NCBI GenBank assembly: GCA_963596435.1 | Contig: CAVBMG010000006.1 | Coordinates: forward strand, 5,938 to 69,937 | Length of the DNA: 64,000 bases | Origin: Agathobacter sp. | Lineage (GTDB): Bacteria > Bacillota > Clostridia > Lachnospirales > Lachnospiraceae | Direction of reading: 5' to 3' | Part shown: in pieces, positions 49,473 through 58,360 of the stretch | How positions within the stretch are numbered: position 1 is the first letter of the stretch | Layout of the letters: each line of letters opens with the position of its first letter | Notes under the pieces: generated by a model | Told to the model about the DNA's origin: nothing | Seen by the model: the letters and a program-made list of their open reading frames with translations, nothing else | Database searches by the model: none | Translations under genes and position numbers: made by a program

Positions 49473-50108
49473 TTATTTCCGTGCAACAAGGTGTGCGCGG
49501 AAACCTTTCTGCTTCTCCATTGTAAGCACTGTGAAACCGGCTTTTTCTGCCATCGCAACAAATTCTGCAGTTTTATGTATCTTCACGTCACCATGCCCGC
49601 ACAGATTTGCCAGAGGCATTTCCAGATGATTCATCAGCCAGACCATGAAATTTGAGGAAGTATAATCTCTCAAGACCAGACGTCCACCCTTACGCAGAAC
49701 ACGATATGCACTGTTGAAGAAAGCCTGTGGATTAGGGTAATGATGGAAACTGTTCGCACAGATAACCGCATCAAAGGAACCTTCATCAAAAGGCAGATTC
49801 TCACTGTCTCCTACAATAAATTCTGTATTGGATAACTTTTTTGCCTGTGCAACATGAATCATTTCAGGCGTAAGATCAAGACCGACATAGTGCTTATCCG
49901 GGTATTTTTCATGAAGCAACTGAATCATTGGGCCGGTTCCGCAACCACAGTCGAGTACGTCATGGAATGTTTCCTTTTCCAGTTCTTCCAGAATTGGCGG
50001 ATAGTCATCCTTGCACATTTCATAGATTCCAGCGTGTCCACTGTCATAGATTTTCGCTGCCTGTGTAAATTCTTTGATAGAAAGTTCTTTATATTTTTCA
50101 GGTGTCAT
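49473..50108 (-). CDS. Class I SAM-dependent methyltransferase
   Basis: VLDCGCGTG, GLDL, GDSENLPF..SFD, RVLRKGG. Confidence 0.92.
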   Translation of the reverse strand: MTPEKYKELSIKEFTQAAKIYDSGHAGIYEMCKDDYPPILEELEKETFHDVLDCGCGTGPMIQLLHEKYPDKHYVGLDLTPEMIHVAQAKKLSNTEFIVGDSENLPFDEGSFDAVICANSFHHYPNPQAFFNSAYRVLRKGGRLVLRDYTSSNFMVWLMNHLEMPLANLCGHGDVKIHKTAEFVAMAEKAGFTVLTMEKQKGFRAHLVARK

Positions 50109-50206
50109 AGGACATTCTCCTTACATGAAATTTATAGTTAGATATTACTAACCACACATTATCACATATTTCAGGAAAAGTCAAAAAGGAAATAGCAATA
50201 TTGTGG

Positions 50207-50260
50207 TTGACATATCTACAGAAAAGGTTATAATTCAAATTGTTTGAATTATAACCTTTT
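50207..50260 (+). promoter_or_regulatory. marR promoter overlapped by an 18-bp perfect inverted repeat
   Basis: TTGACA 50207-12, N16, TATAAT 50229-34; aaaaggttataattcaaa-ttg-tttgaattataacctttt (50222-60). Confidence 0.8.
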
Positions 50261-50280
50261 TGTATGAAGGAGCTAAGAAA

Positions 50281-50709
50281 ATGGATGATACATTGCATTA
50301 TCTGATCATGGCGAATCAGATGCTGGTACAAAAGGCTTTGTTAGAGCAGCTCAAGGATACCGGACTTACTATCGGACAGCCCAAAATTCTTGATTATTTA
50401 AAAGACCATGATGGAAGCAATCAGAAAGAAATTGCTCAGGCATGTTTTCTGGAGGCTGGTTCTTTAACCATTATTCTTAATAAAATGGAAGAGAAGGGAC
50501 TGATTGAACGTAGAACTTTAAACGGAAACCGGCGAAGTTTTCATATCTTTTTGACAGAGGAAGGGAAAAAGAAACAGCAGTTGGTAGCCGATGCCTTTTT
50601 GGAAATAGAGAAAAAGGCGTTATCCAATATTTCCGAAAAGGAATATGAACAATTTATATCTGTATATCAGAAAATATATTCTAATTTACAAAGCAAAACA
50701 AATGAATGA
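50281..50709 (+). CDS. MarR family transcriptional regulator
   Basis: GLTIGQP.IL..L...DG..QKEIA, MEEKGLIER....NRR...IFLTEEG. Confidence 0.92.
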   Translation: MDDTLHYLIMANQMLVQKALLEQLKDTGLTIGQPKILDYLKDHDGSNQKEIAQACFLEAGSLTIILNKMEEKGLIERRTLNGNRRSFHIFLTEEGKKKQQLVADAFLEIEKKALSNISEKEYEQFISVYQKIYSNLQSKTNE

Positions 50710-50736
50710 AACATCAGAAAGAAGGAACAGATTAGA

Positions 50737-52008
50737 ATGAATAAATTAAAAAGATATCTTTTGTTTTTCGTAGGATTATTTATCAATGCACTTGGAGTCA
50801 GTCTTATTACAAAGGCAAGTCTTGGCACATCGCCGATTTCCTCTATTCCATATGTACTGAGCCTTAAATTCCCTCTCACACTTGGAAATTTCACAATTAT
50901 ATTCAGTATTTTACTCATACTGTTACAGATACTGATTCTGAGAAAAAACTTTAAAATGGAAAATATTCTGCAAATACCCGTTTCCATTGCATTCGGATAT
51001 TTTATCGACCTTACCATGTATATGTTTTTCTGGGTAAATCCAGAGAATTATCTGGTAAAAGTAATCGCTCTTCTTGTAGGCTGCATGATTCTGGGATTTG
51101 GTGTTTATATTGAAGTAGTAGCAGATGTGGTCATGCTGCCGGGAGAGTCCTTTGTACGTGCCATTGTACAGACCTGGAATACTAACTTTGGAACGACTAA
51201 AATTATATTTGATTCATCCATGACGATTATTGCAGGCGTTCTTTCCTTTGCTTTCTGGGGAAAGCTTAACGGAGTGCGTGAAGGTACGATCATTGCGGCA
51301 CTGCTTGTCGGATTTATCGCCAGATTATTCGGAAAACATCTCGGATTTATCAAAGCATATCTTTTCCCAGAAGAACAGAATGCAGAACAATCCAAGGCAA
51401 CAGATACAGAAGATATACAACATAAAAATGTAATAGTCATTGGCAGACAGTATGGTTCAGGTGGACACGATATTGGAAAAATGCTGGCAGACAAGCTTGG
51501 ATACGAGTTCTACGATCAGGAAATCATCAAGATGGTTGCCGGAACTACAGGAATGACGTCTGAATTTATCGGTAAGCGTGAGGAATCCATGACTAACAGT
51601 CTGATATATGATCTGGTCAATCAGATGTACCAATATGGAAATGAAAAGGAAGAAGCTCCAAAGGATAAAATCTTTGAAGCCGAATCAAAGGTTATCAGAG
51701 AATTGGCTGATAAGGGAAATTGCGTCATAATCGGAAGATGTTCTGATTATGTATTAAAAAATGACAGCCGCGTATTAAAAGTATTTTTCACAGCCCCGAT
51801 AGAAAGCAGGATAGAACGTGTCATGAAACGACTCAATATATCCTATAAAGACGCGCAAAACAAAATCCGAAAGGAAGATAAGATGCGCGCCGATAACTAT
51901 CGTTATTACACAGGCAGAATGTGGGGCGCTGCTGCGAATTTCGATATTACAATTAATACAGATCTGGGTATACCATACATTGAGAAATGTATTGATGATG
52001 CATTATAA
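50737..52008 (+). CDS. YitT/YczE-like membrane domain fused to a cytidylate-kinase-like domain
   Basis: N-terminal LGTSPISS..YV, GVREGT; C-terminal IGRQYGSGG..IG..LA..LGY.FYD, VIIGRC. Confidence 0.8.
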   Translation: MNKLKRYLLFFVGLFINALGVSLITKASLGTSPISSIPYVLSLKFPLTLGNFTIIFSILLILLQILILRKNFKMENILQIPVSIAFGYFIDLTMYMFFWVNPENYLVKVIALLVGCMILGFGVYIEVVADVVMLPGESFVRAIVQTWNTNFGTTKIIFDSSMTIIAGVLSFAFWGKLNGVREGTIIAALLVGFIARLFGKHLGFIKAYLFPEEQNAEQSKATDTEDIQHKNVIVIGRQYGSGGHDIGKMLADKLGYEFYDQEIIKMVAGTTGMTSEFIGKREESMTNSLIYDLVNQMYQYGNEKEEAPKDKIFEAESKVIRELADKGNCVIIGRCSDYVLKNDSRVLKVFFTAPIESRIERVMKRLNISYKDAQNKIRKEDKMRADNYRYYTGRMWGAAANFDITINTDLGIPYIEKCIDDAL

Positions 52009-52044
52009 AAGGATAATTCCGACGGAAAAACGGGTATATTTTAC

Positions 52045-52073
52045 TTGATTAAGAATTAGGTGCAACATATAAT
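52045..52073 (+). promoter_or_regulatory. Promoter of the three-gene DUF3990 cassette
   Basis: TTGATT-N17-TATAAT. Confidence 0.6.
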
Positions 52074-52141
52074 GTAATCAGATAATTATGCTGTGAAAAA
52101 CCAGTAGTTGAATCACTGAAAGAAGGAGGAAATATTTCATA

Positions 52142-52366
52142 ATGAGCGAGAAAACAGAAATTTTATTCATGCAGACAAGATTAATAAGACTTGCTTCAGA
52201 AGAGTGGCACTTGCCAATTGATAAGATTATTGACTTGTTCAAGAAAGTTGATGTTCTCGGATATATAGAAAAAGGTTATGGAATTTTCCACTGCGAAGGG
52301 GATGAAGCTGTCCTTGAAGACATTGCGGAGTTTCTTAATGGAAAGGGGATAAAGATTCATGCGTGA
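52142..52366 (+). CDS. Small acidic protein, DUF3791-like
   Basis: LF....VLGYI...Y..FH.EG....LEDI..FL pattern; AGGAGG RBS. Confidence 0.7.
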   Translation: MSEKTEILFMQTRLIRLASEEWHLPIDKIIDLFKKVDVLGYIEKGYGIFHCEGDEAVLEDIAEFLNGKGIKIHA

Positions 52367-52925
52367 ACCGAAAGATGGGTTAATTCTCTACCATGGAAGC
52401 TATTGTGAAGTAAAAGAGCCAGATCTTACTAAGTGTTCCAAGAGAAAAGATTTCGGACAGGGATTCTATCTGACTTCATCAAAGGAACAGGCAGAAAGCT
52501 TCTTAAAAACATCAATAGCCAAAGCGGTAGCCGCCGGTAAAATTGAAGAACGCCAAAATTTTGGTTTTATTTCATCTTTTGAGATAAAATTATCAAAAGA
52601 GCTTGAAATACATGTATTCGAAGATGCAGATATTGACTGGTTACACTGTATTGCAGCCCACAGAAAGAAAAAACTGTTCACCGAAATTGAAAGTGAAATG
52701 ACTAAGTATGATATTATTTCCGGGAAAATTGCAGATGATGCGACAAATGCTACTCTCACAGCATATCTTGGTGGTGCTTTTGGAACAGTTGGAGAGAAGG
52801 ATGCAGATGACTTCTGTATCAAGCAATTACTGCCTAATAAGCTGAAAGACCAATATTGTTTCAAAACTAATAGTGCTATTGAATGTCTTAAATTTGTGGA
52901 GAGTGAGAAAATATGGCTGAAGTAA
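52359..52925 (+). CDS. DUF3990 family protein, predicted ADP-ribosyltransferase fold
   Basis: LYHGS, DFGQGFYLT, W...I...R, D.I.G.IADD, QYCFKT. Confidence 0.8.
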   Translation: MREPKDGLILYHGSYCEVKEPDLTKCSKRKDFGQGFYLTSSKEQAESFLKTSIAKAVAAGKIEERQNFGFISSFEIKLSKELEIHVFEDADIDWLHCIAAHRKKKLFTEIESEMTKYDIISGKIADDATNATLTAYLGGAFGTVGEKDADDFCIKQLLPNKLKDQYCFKTNSAIECLKFVESEKIWLK

Positions 52926-53143
52926 CTATTTCAAAAGAAAAGCTAGATTTCACAATTGACCTTCTTATAACAATGGCGGTTGAGGAGATTGCTGAAGAGA
53001 CCGGCAAAGATAGCAAGGATGTGTTGACAGATTTCCTATGTTCCAAAACGGGTAAGGCATTATATAATAAGGACACTAGGCTATGGTGCAACGGTCCATC
53101 ATATATAACTGAACTATATATGGAGGAACTCTCCAACAAATAA
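52913..53143 (+). CDS. Small acidic protein, DUF3791-like
   Basis: F..SKT...LY...T.LW..GP.YI..LY.EE; overlaps the DUF3990 stop. Confidence 0.65.
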   Translation: MAEVTISKEKLDFTIDLLITMAVEEIAEETGKDSKDVLTDFLCSKTGKALYNKDTRLWCNGPSYITELYMEELSNK

Positions 53144-53155
53144 ATGTTTTTAGTG

Positions 53156-54517
53156 TTATTTCTCCATGCGTTTCAGTTCTGGTAAGACGGTACACAGCAT
53201 GGTGATGAAGCACAGACTGCCACCAATGACATTAGACACAGGTTCTGCCAGAAATACGCCATCTGTTCCCATATGTAAGGCATAGGGCATCAGATAAGTC
53301 AACGGTACAACAATAAATACTTTACGAAGCAGGGAGAAAAAAATCGCCTGCTTCTTTTTATTCAGAGATTTGAATACAGTCTGTCCGATGTATTGCAGAT
53401 CCATAAAGATAAATGCTGCAAAATATTGCTTTAGGGCTGGTATGGAATCCTGGATTAATGTTGTATCAGAGCTGAATACCTGGATCAAAGCGCCCGGAGC
53501 CAGAATAATCAGACTCCACATAACGGCTGTATAACCAAAGATCATAATTCCCATCACAATACCTGCCTTGCGAACACGGGAGGGGCGACCAGCTCCATAA
53601 TTGTAACTCAAAATCGGGGAAGTTCCTTCATTTATGGCATAAATTGGAGTCTCCACTAATTGACGTACACTGGAAACAATCGTCATAACAGAAATATAAA
53701 TATCGCCGCCGGTAACGGAAAGCACATTGTTACAACAGATTGTTACAAGACTGTTTGTTAACTGCATAATAAACCCGGATGTGCCAAGACTAATGATATT
53801 TTTGGCATAATCCAGACTTTGAGACAATTCATTTCTTCTAAGAAAACGTACCTTTAGTTCTGCCTTTTTGGTAAGAAAGAACAAAACGAATACCGCAGAC
53901 AGGCACTGGGAGATTACTGTTGCCATCGCAGCACCGCGCACACCAAATCCCAAAGCAAAAATAAACAATGGATCAAGCAGTAAATTCGCGACCGCACCAA
54001 TCGCAACAGAGAACATGCCAATTACAGAATAGCCCTGTGCATTGATAAATGGATTCATTCCTACTGCAAGCATTGAGGGTAGTGTACCGATCAGATAGAT
54101 CATCATATAAGGAACAGCATAAGTCAGTGCCGCTTGGGAAGCACCAAACAAAATCAAAAGCGGATGTGCAAATGTAAGTCCAATGACCATTAATATGACT
54201 GCACTGAAACATAACATGGAAAAGGAAGTATTCATGATATGTATTGCCTGCTGTTCTTCCTTTTTCCCTCTAAAAATAGAAAAAAGTGGTGCGCCACCGC
54301 TTCCAAACAGATTGGCAAATGCACTGATAATCACGATTAACGGGAAACATAGCCCTACTGCGCCAAGGGCGGCAGTTCCCACCTCTGGAATTCTGGCAAT
54401 ATAGATACGGTCTACGATATTGTAAAGAAGATTTAAAATCTGGGCTACAAGCATGGGCAGGGCTGCTCCGATAATATTTCCTGTTACTGTGCCATTTTCA
54501 AAGTCAATACGCTTCAT
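53156..54517 (-). CDS. MATE family efflux transporter (MepA-like)
   Basis: LYNIVDRIYI, N.FINAQG, NLLLDPLFIF...GVRGAA.AT.ISQ, SYNYGA. Confidence 0.93.
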   Translation of the reverse strand: MKRIDFENGTVTGNIIGAALPMLVAQILNLLYNIVDRIYIARIPEVGTAALGAVGLCFPLIVIISAFANLFGSGGAPLFSIFRGKKEEQQAIHIMNTSFSMLCFSAVILMVIGLTFAHPLLILFGASQAALTYAVPYMMIYLIGTLPSMLAVGMNPFINAQGYSVIGMFSVAIGAVANLLLDPLFIFALGFGVRGAAMATVISQCLSAVFVLFFLTKKAELKVRFLRRNELSQSLDYAKNIISLGTSGFIMQLTNSLVTICCNNVLSVTGGDIYISVMTIVSSVRQLVETPIYAINEGTSPILSYNYGAGRPSRVRKAGIVMGIMIFGYTAVMWSLIILAPGALIQVFSSDTTLIQDSIPALKQYFAAFIFMDLQYIGQTVFKSLNKKKQAIFFSLLRKVFIVVPLTYLMPYALHMGTDGVFLAEPVSNVIGGSLCFITMLCTVLPELKRMEK

Positions 54518-54606
54518 TTCCTTAGTCATCCCTTTTGATTTCTTTGCTTTCCAGTATAGCAATTATTACGATATGTGTAAATCAGGAACATGAAGTAATA
54601 TAAAAG

Positions 54607-55134
54607 TTAAATGATTGAAGTGGATATATGATTCATAACATTGACAATTAGTTCTGCCATATAGCGATTATTCTGCTTCATACCATTATCTAACCATTCA
54701 TAGATTGCAGACAGATAGCCGGCAGCAAGAAAATTTCTTGTGTAGAGAGATACCTCATCCTTCTGACTGTCATATGGAAATGATTCACGAAATAGAAGAT
54801 ACATTTCATTCACCATATGAGCATCCCGCATCATCAGAAAAAAATCATGATTTTCACGAATAAATGAAAGTAGAAGTTCCACATTATGAAGATATGTATC
54901 CATATTTCTCTCAGCGGTTGCAGGAATGGAATTGTAATAGTTCATAACATATTCTTCTTTGAATCCTTCCAGAAGGAGTGCTTCTTTAGATGGGTAAATG
55001 CGATAAAATGTACTGCGGTTATATCCGGCTGTCTGGCATATTTCAGATATCTGAATTTGTGAATATGGTTTCTGATGATATAGATTTAGAAGTGCTTTAA
55101 AGAAACATCTTTTTGAAAATTTATTGGAACGCAT
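54607..55134 (-). CDS. TetR/AcrR family regulator
   Basis: I.ISEICQTAGYNRSTFYR.Y.SKE HTH; C-terminal EWL.NGM. Confidence 0.88.
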   Translation of the reverse strand: MRSNKFSKRCFFKALLNLYHQKPYSQIQISEICQTAGYNRSTFYRIYPSKEALLLEGFKEEYVMNYYNSIPATAERNMDTYLHNVELLLSFIRENHDFFLMMRDAHMVNEMYLLFRESFPYDSQKDEVSLYTRNFLAAGYLSAIYEWLDNGMKQNNRYMAELIVNVMNHISTSII

Positions 55135-55209
55135 AACGCAACATCTCCCTGTAAAATGTTTATTTTAGAACTGACCTGCTTGAAATAAGGCAAAATAGTA
55201 ATTAAACTG

Positions 55210-55233
55210 TAAATGCAACATATGTTGCGTTTA
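55210..55233. promoter_or_regulatory. Putative TetR operator
   Basis: TAAATGCAACAT-ATGTTGCGTTTA near-perfect palindrome; a GCAACAT half-site recurs at 55138-44 next to the tetR start. Confidence 0.7.
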
Positions 55234-55266
55234 TGATTATATCATGCTTTATAAGGAGGAACAAGC

Positions 55267-56604
55267 ATGGCACTGTGGTTGATAGGGATAATAAGTATTT
55301 TATTTGGAAGTATGGAATAGTTTTTGATTAATGAAAGTCAGATAATGGCAGTATTAATTTTGCTTGCAGGAATTATTGTACTATTTATTGTGAAAAAGAA
55401 AAATGTAGAACTTTCTATCTGGCAGTTGTATCTTTTGAGAATTGTTGTTGTGCTTCATTTGGTTGGTATATTTTCAGATCGTTGGATTGTATATACAGGA
55501 CTCGGCGTATTAACTGTCGTGACGGGTATTGGATTAACCATTGCAGATATATGGAAATGCAGATCGGATAAGATCATGAAAACAGTTCTGAAAATAGTAT
55601 GTTCTGTAATTGTTATACTGCTTTCAGGAGTTATCATGGCAATCACATTCTTTCCGAAAGCCTCTTTTTCAGTATTTAAGTCTGTTATAAATGCTTATGG
55701 AAATGAAATGACAGCAGTAGCTTATGAAGATACACTGGAAAACGGTGCATATTTGGTTGCCAATATTCAGTACGATACGGTTTATCCAAATGGCTTTTTA
55801 GATGTTTATTATACTGCTGTGCCTAAGTCAGACAATCCACCTACACTGTTATTTATTCATGGTGGAGGTTATGCAAATGGGGATAAAAGCAGTGGCGACC
55901 CGAATGCCGGTGATGTAGATTACAGGGATTCATTAGCATATCGCGCATTGAATGAAGGCTATAATGTGGTACAGTTTAATTATTGCCTGATGACAGAGCA
56001 CATTTTCCCGGATGCGATTATCCAGCTTAATAGTGGTCTGAAATATCTCAAGGATAATGCTGAACGTTTGAACTTAAATATGGATGTGGTATTTCTCTCC
56101 GGTGGTTCTGCGGGTGGAAATCTGGCTGGTGTTATGGCAAACTTACAGACAAATCAGGAATACGCAGATGAAATGGGAATTACACCTGCATTAAATCCAG
56201 AGGATATCAAGGGCGTGGTATTTATCAGCGCATTACTTGATAATTCGCAGTATGGTGTGACACATAATGTTGCCATTGACTATATGTTTTATTGGGCAGG
56301 ACGTGTTTATCTGAACACAAACGAACTGGTTTATGATAAAGAGGCTTCAAGACTTTCCAATGTTATAGATAATGTGAGCGGAAATTATCCGCCATCCCTG
56401 ATTTCGGATGGGAACAGCGGAAGCTTTTTTGATCAGGCATTTGCCATGAATGCAAGATTACTGGAGCTGGGAGTAGAAACCAAACTGATTTATTACCCCA
56501 AAACAGTAGCGACATTATCCCATGGATATGAAGATCTTGGCTCTGATTATGCAAAAATTACCCAGGATCGAATGATTGAATTTATGAATGCCCATTGTGA
56601 ATAA
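55267..56604 (+). pseudogene. Membrane-anchored HSL-type esterase with an in-frame TAG at codon 18
   Basis: AAGGAGG RBS + ATG 55267 in frame with the 55324..56604 ORF; TAG at 55318-20; catalytic motifs HGGG, GGSAGG, HG intact. Confidence 0.7.
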
Positions 56605-56608
56605 ATAC

Positions 56609-56648
56609 AAAATCTCCGTCTATTTGTTGTATGGACGGAGATTTTTTT
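56609..56648. terminator. Bidirectional terminator
   Basis: aaaatctccgtc (56609-20) / gacggagatttt (56634-45) between convergent genes. Confidence 0.8.
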
Positions 56649-57060
56649 ATTCACAAGGCAATTTGTCATCCTGTTCTTTGAAGTGGATTTTTTCAGTTCC
56701 TGCTTCGATAGCTGTTTCATAATACCAGCATTTATGGTTAATAAAATCTAAAGTTTCCTGTAATTCAGTCATTTGGGCTTCCACAATGCGTTTTCTTTCT
56801 AAAAACATTTCATAGCGTTCTTTTAATGAATCATCACCCATTTGCACCCACTTGGAAAATTGTCGTATGTCCTTAATTGGCATACCTGATTTTTTCAGGC
56901 ATTCAATCACATGCAGCATTGCCATATCTGCATCAGAGAAAATACGATAACCAGAATCCTTGCGTTCCATAAATGGGAGCAGTCCCTGCTTATCATAGTA
57001 TCGTAATGTTGTTGGAGTCACATTCATAATTTCGGCAGCCTGCTTGATTGTATATGGCAT
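56647..57060 (-). CDS. MerR family regulator (AdhR-like)
   Basis: YTIKQAA....TTLRYYDKQGL....R..SGYR, IECLKKSGM.IKDI, KCWYY. Confidence 0.92.
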   Translation of the reverse strand: MPYTIKQAAEIMNVTPTTLRYYDKQGLLPFMERKDSGYRIFSDADMAMLHVIECLKKSGMPIKDIRQFSKWVQMGDDSLKERYEMFLERKRIVEAQMTELQETLDFINHKCWYYETAIEAGTEKIHFKEQDDKLPCE

Positions 57061-57095
57061 ATAAAAACCTCCTGGTAAATTTTAAAATAAGCATA

Positions 57096-57126
57096 TTGAC
57101 CTTAACCTCAAGGTTAATGTTACTAT
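57096..57126 (+). promoter_or_regulatory. MerR-type promoter (19-bp spacer with dyad) for the ADH operon
   Basis: TTGACC 57096-101, N19, TACTAT 57121-26; dyad TTAACCT-CA-AGGTTAA 57102-17. Confidence 0.85.
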
Positions 57127-57178
57127 GATGGTGAATAAAAGTCAACAATGTAAGAAGTCTGAAAGGAGACAAGCAAAT

Positions 57179-58345
57179 ATGAGTTATACATGGAATCTTC
57201 CAACTAAGGTTTTATTTGGAGCAGGAAAAGTAAGGGAACTTGCAAAAGAAAATATGCCGGGGAAAAAGGCGCTACTTGTAATTTCAAATGGAAAATCTGT
57301 AAAAGAAAACGGTGCACGTACATCAGTAGAGCAGGGACTGACAGCCGCAGGCGCAGACTATGTTATCTATGATAAAATTCAGTCAAATCCATTGGAACCG
57401 ACAATTATGGAGGGGGTATTATGTGCCCGTGAAAATGGCTGTGATTTTATCGTAGGCTTGGGTGGTGGTTCTGTATTAGATTCAGCTACGATTATTTCTG
57501 CCATTGTACCTCAGAAAGAGGGCAGAGTCTGGGATTATGTTCAGGGAGGTACAGGCGGAGGAAAAACACTGACAGAACAGCCGTTGCCTTATATTGAAAT
57601 CACAACCAGCGCCGGTACAGGAAGTGAGGTAGACTGCTGGGGCGTTGTAACAAATCCAGACACGCATGAGAAAATCGGATTTCAGGGAAGTTATCCGGAG
57701 CTGGCTATAGTTGATCCGGAGTTAATGCTGTCTGTACCTCCCCAATTTACAGCATATCAGGGATTTGATGCACTGTTTCATAGTGTGGAAGGATTTTTGT
57801 CAAAGTTCTGTAATGAAGCAGCTGAAATGGTTGAACTTACTGCCATCAGAAATATAGCAGAGTATCTGCCTCGTGCAGTGAATGATGGACAGGATATAGA
57901 AGCAAGAACAAAAGTTGCATTTGCAAATACCATGAGCGGTTATTCTATGGAAGTATGTTCCTGCGTCAGCCAACATGCTATGGAACATGCATTGTCCGGT
58001 TATCATCAGGACCTGCCTCATGGGGCAGGACTTATCATGATTTCCAGGCAGTATTTTACACGATGGATTGATGAGCATGTCTGTGATGAACGCTTTGTAG
58101 AACTGGCAAAGGCTATGGGAATCGCAGATGCAAAGAAGCCTATGGATTTTATTACTGCGTTGGAAAAACTGATGGCAGAATGTGGGGTAGATGAGTTAAA
58201 AATGAGTGATTATGGTATTCGTCAGGAAGAATTCCCACAGATGGCGAAAGATGCGAAAAACACAATGGGAGGATTGTTCTTCTGTGACCGATTTGAATTG
58301 ACAGATGAAGATGTAGTCCGTATTTATCAGAGGTCTTATCGTTAA
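57179..58345 (+). CDS. Iron-containing alcohol dehydrogenase
   Basis: PTKVLFG.G, GGGSVLD, TTSAGTGSE, DPEL, DALFH..E, H..EH.L..HG. Confidence 0.93.
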   Translation: MSYTWNLPTKVLFGAGKVRELAKENMPGKKALLVISNGKSVKENGARTSVEQGLTAAGADYVIYDKIQSNPLEPTIMEGVLCARENGCDFIVGLGGGSVLDSATIISAIVPQKEGRVWDYVQGGTGGGKTLTEQPLPYIEITTSAGTGSEVDCWGVVTNPDTHEKIGFQGSYPELAIVDPELMLSVPPQFTAYQGFDALFHSVEGFLSKFCNEAAEMVELTAIRNIAEYLPRAVNDGQDIEARTKVAFANTMSGYSMEVCSCVSQHAMEHALSGYHQDLPHGAGLIMISRQYFTRWIDEHVCDERFVELAKAMGIADAKKPMDFITALEKLMAECGVDELKMSDYGIRQEEFPQMAKDAKNTMGGLFFCDRFELTDEDVVRIYQRSYR

Positions 58346-58360
58346 GGATGGTACAAGTTT

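Noticed and set aside
55318..55320. Genome-wide TAG recoding or pyrrolysine
   Set aside because: TAG terminates several normal genes in the window and no pyl genes are present
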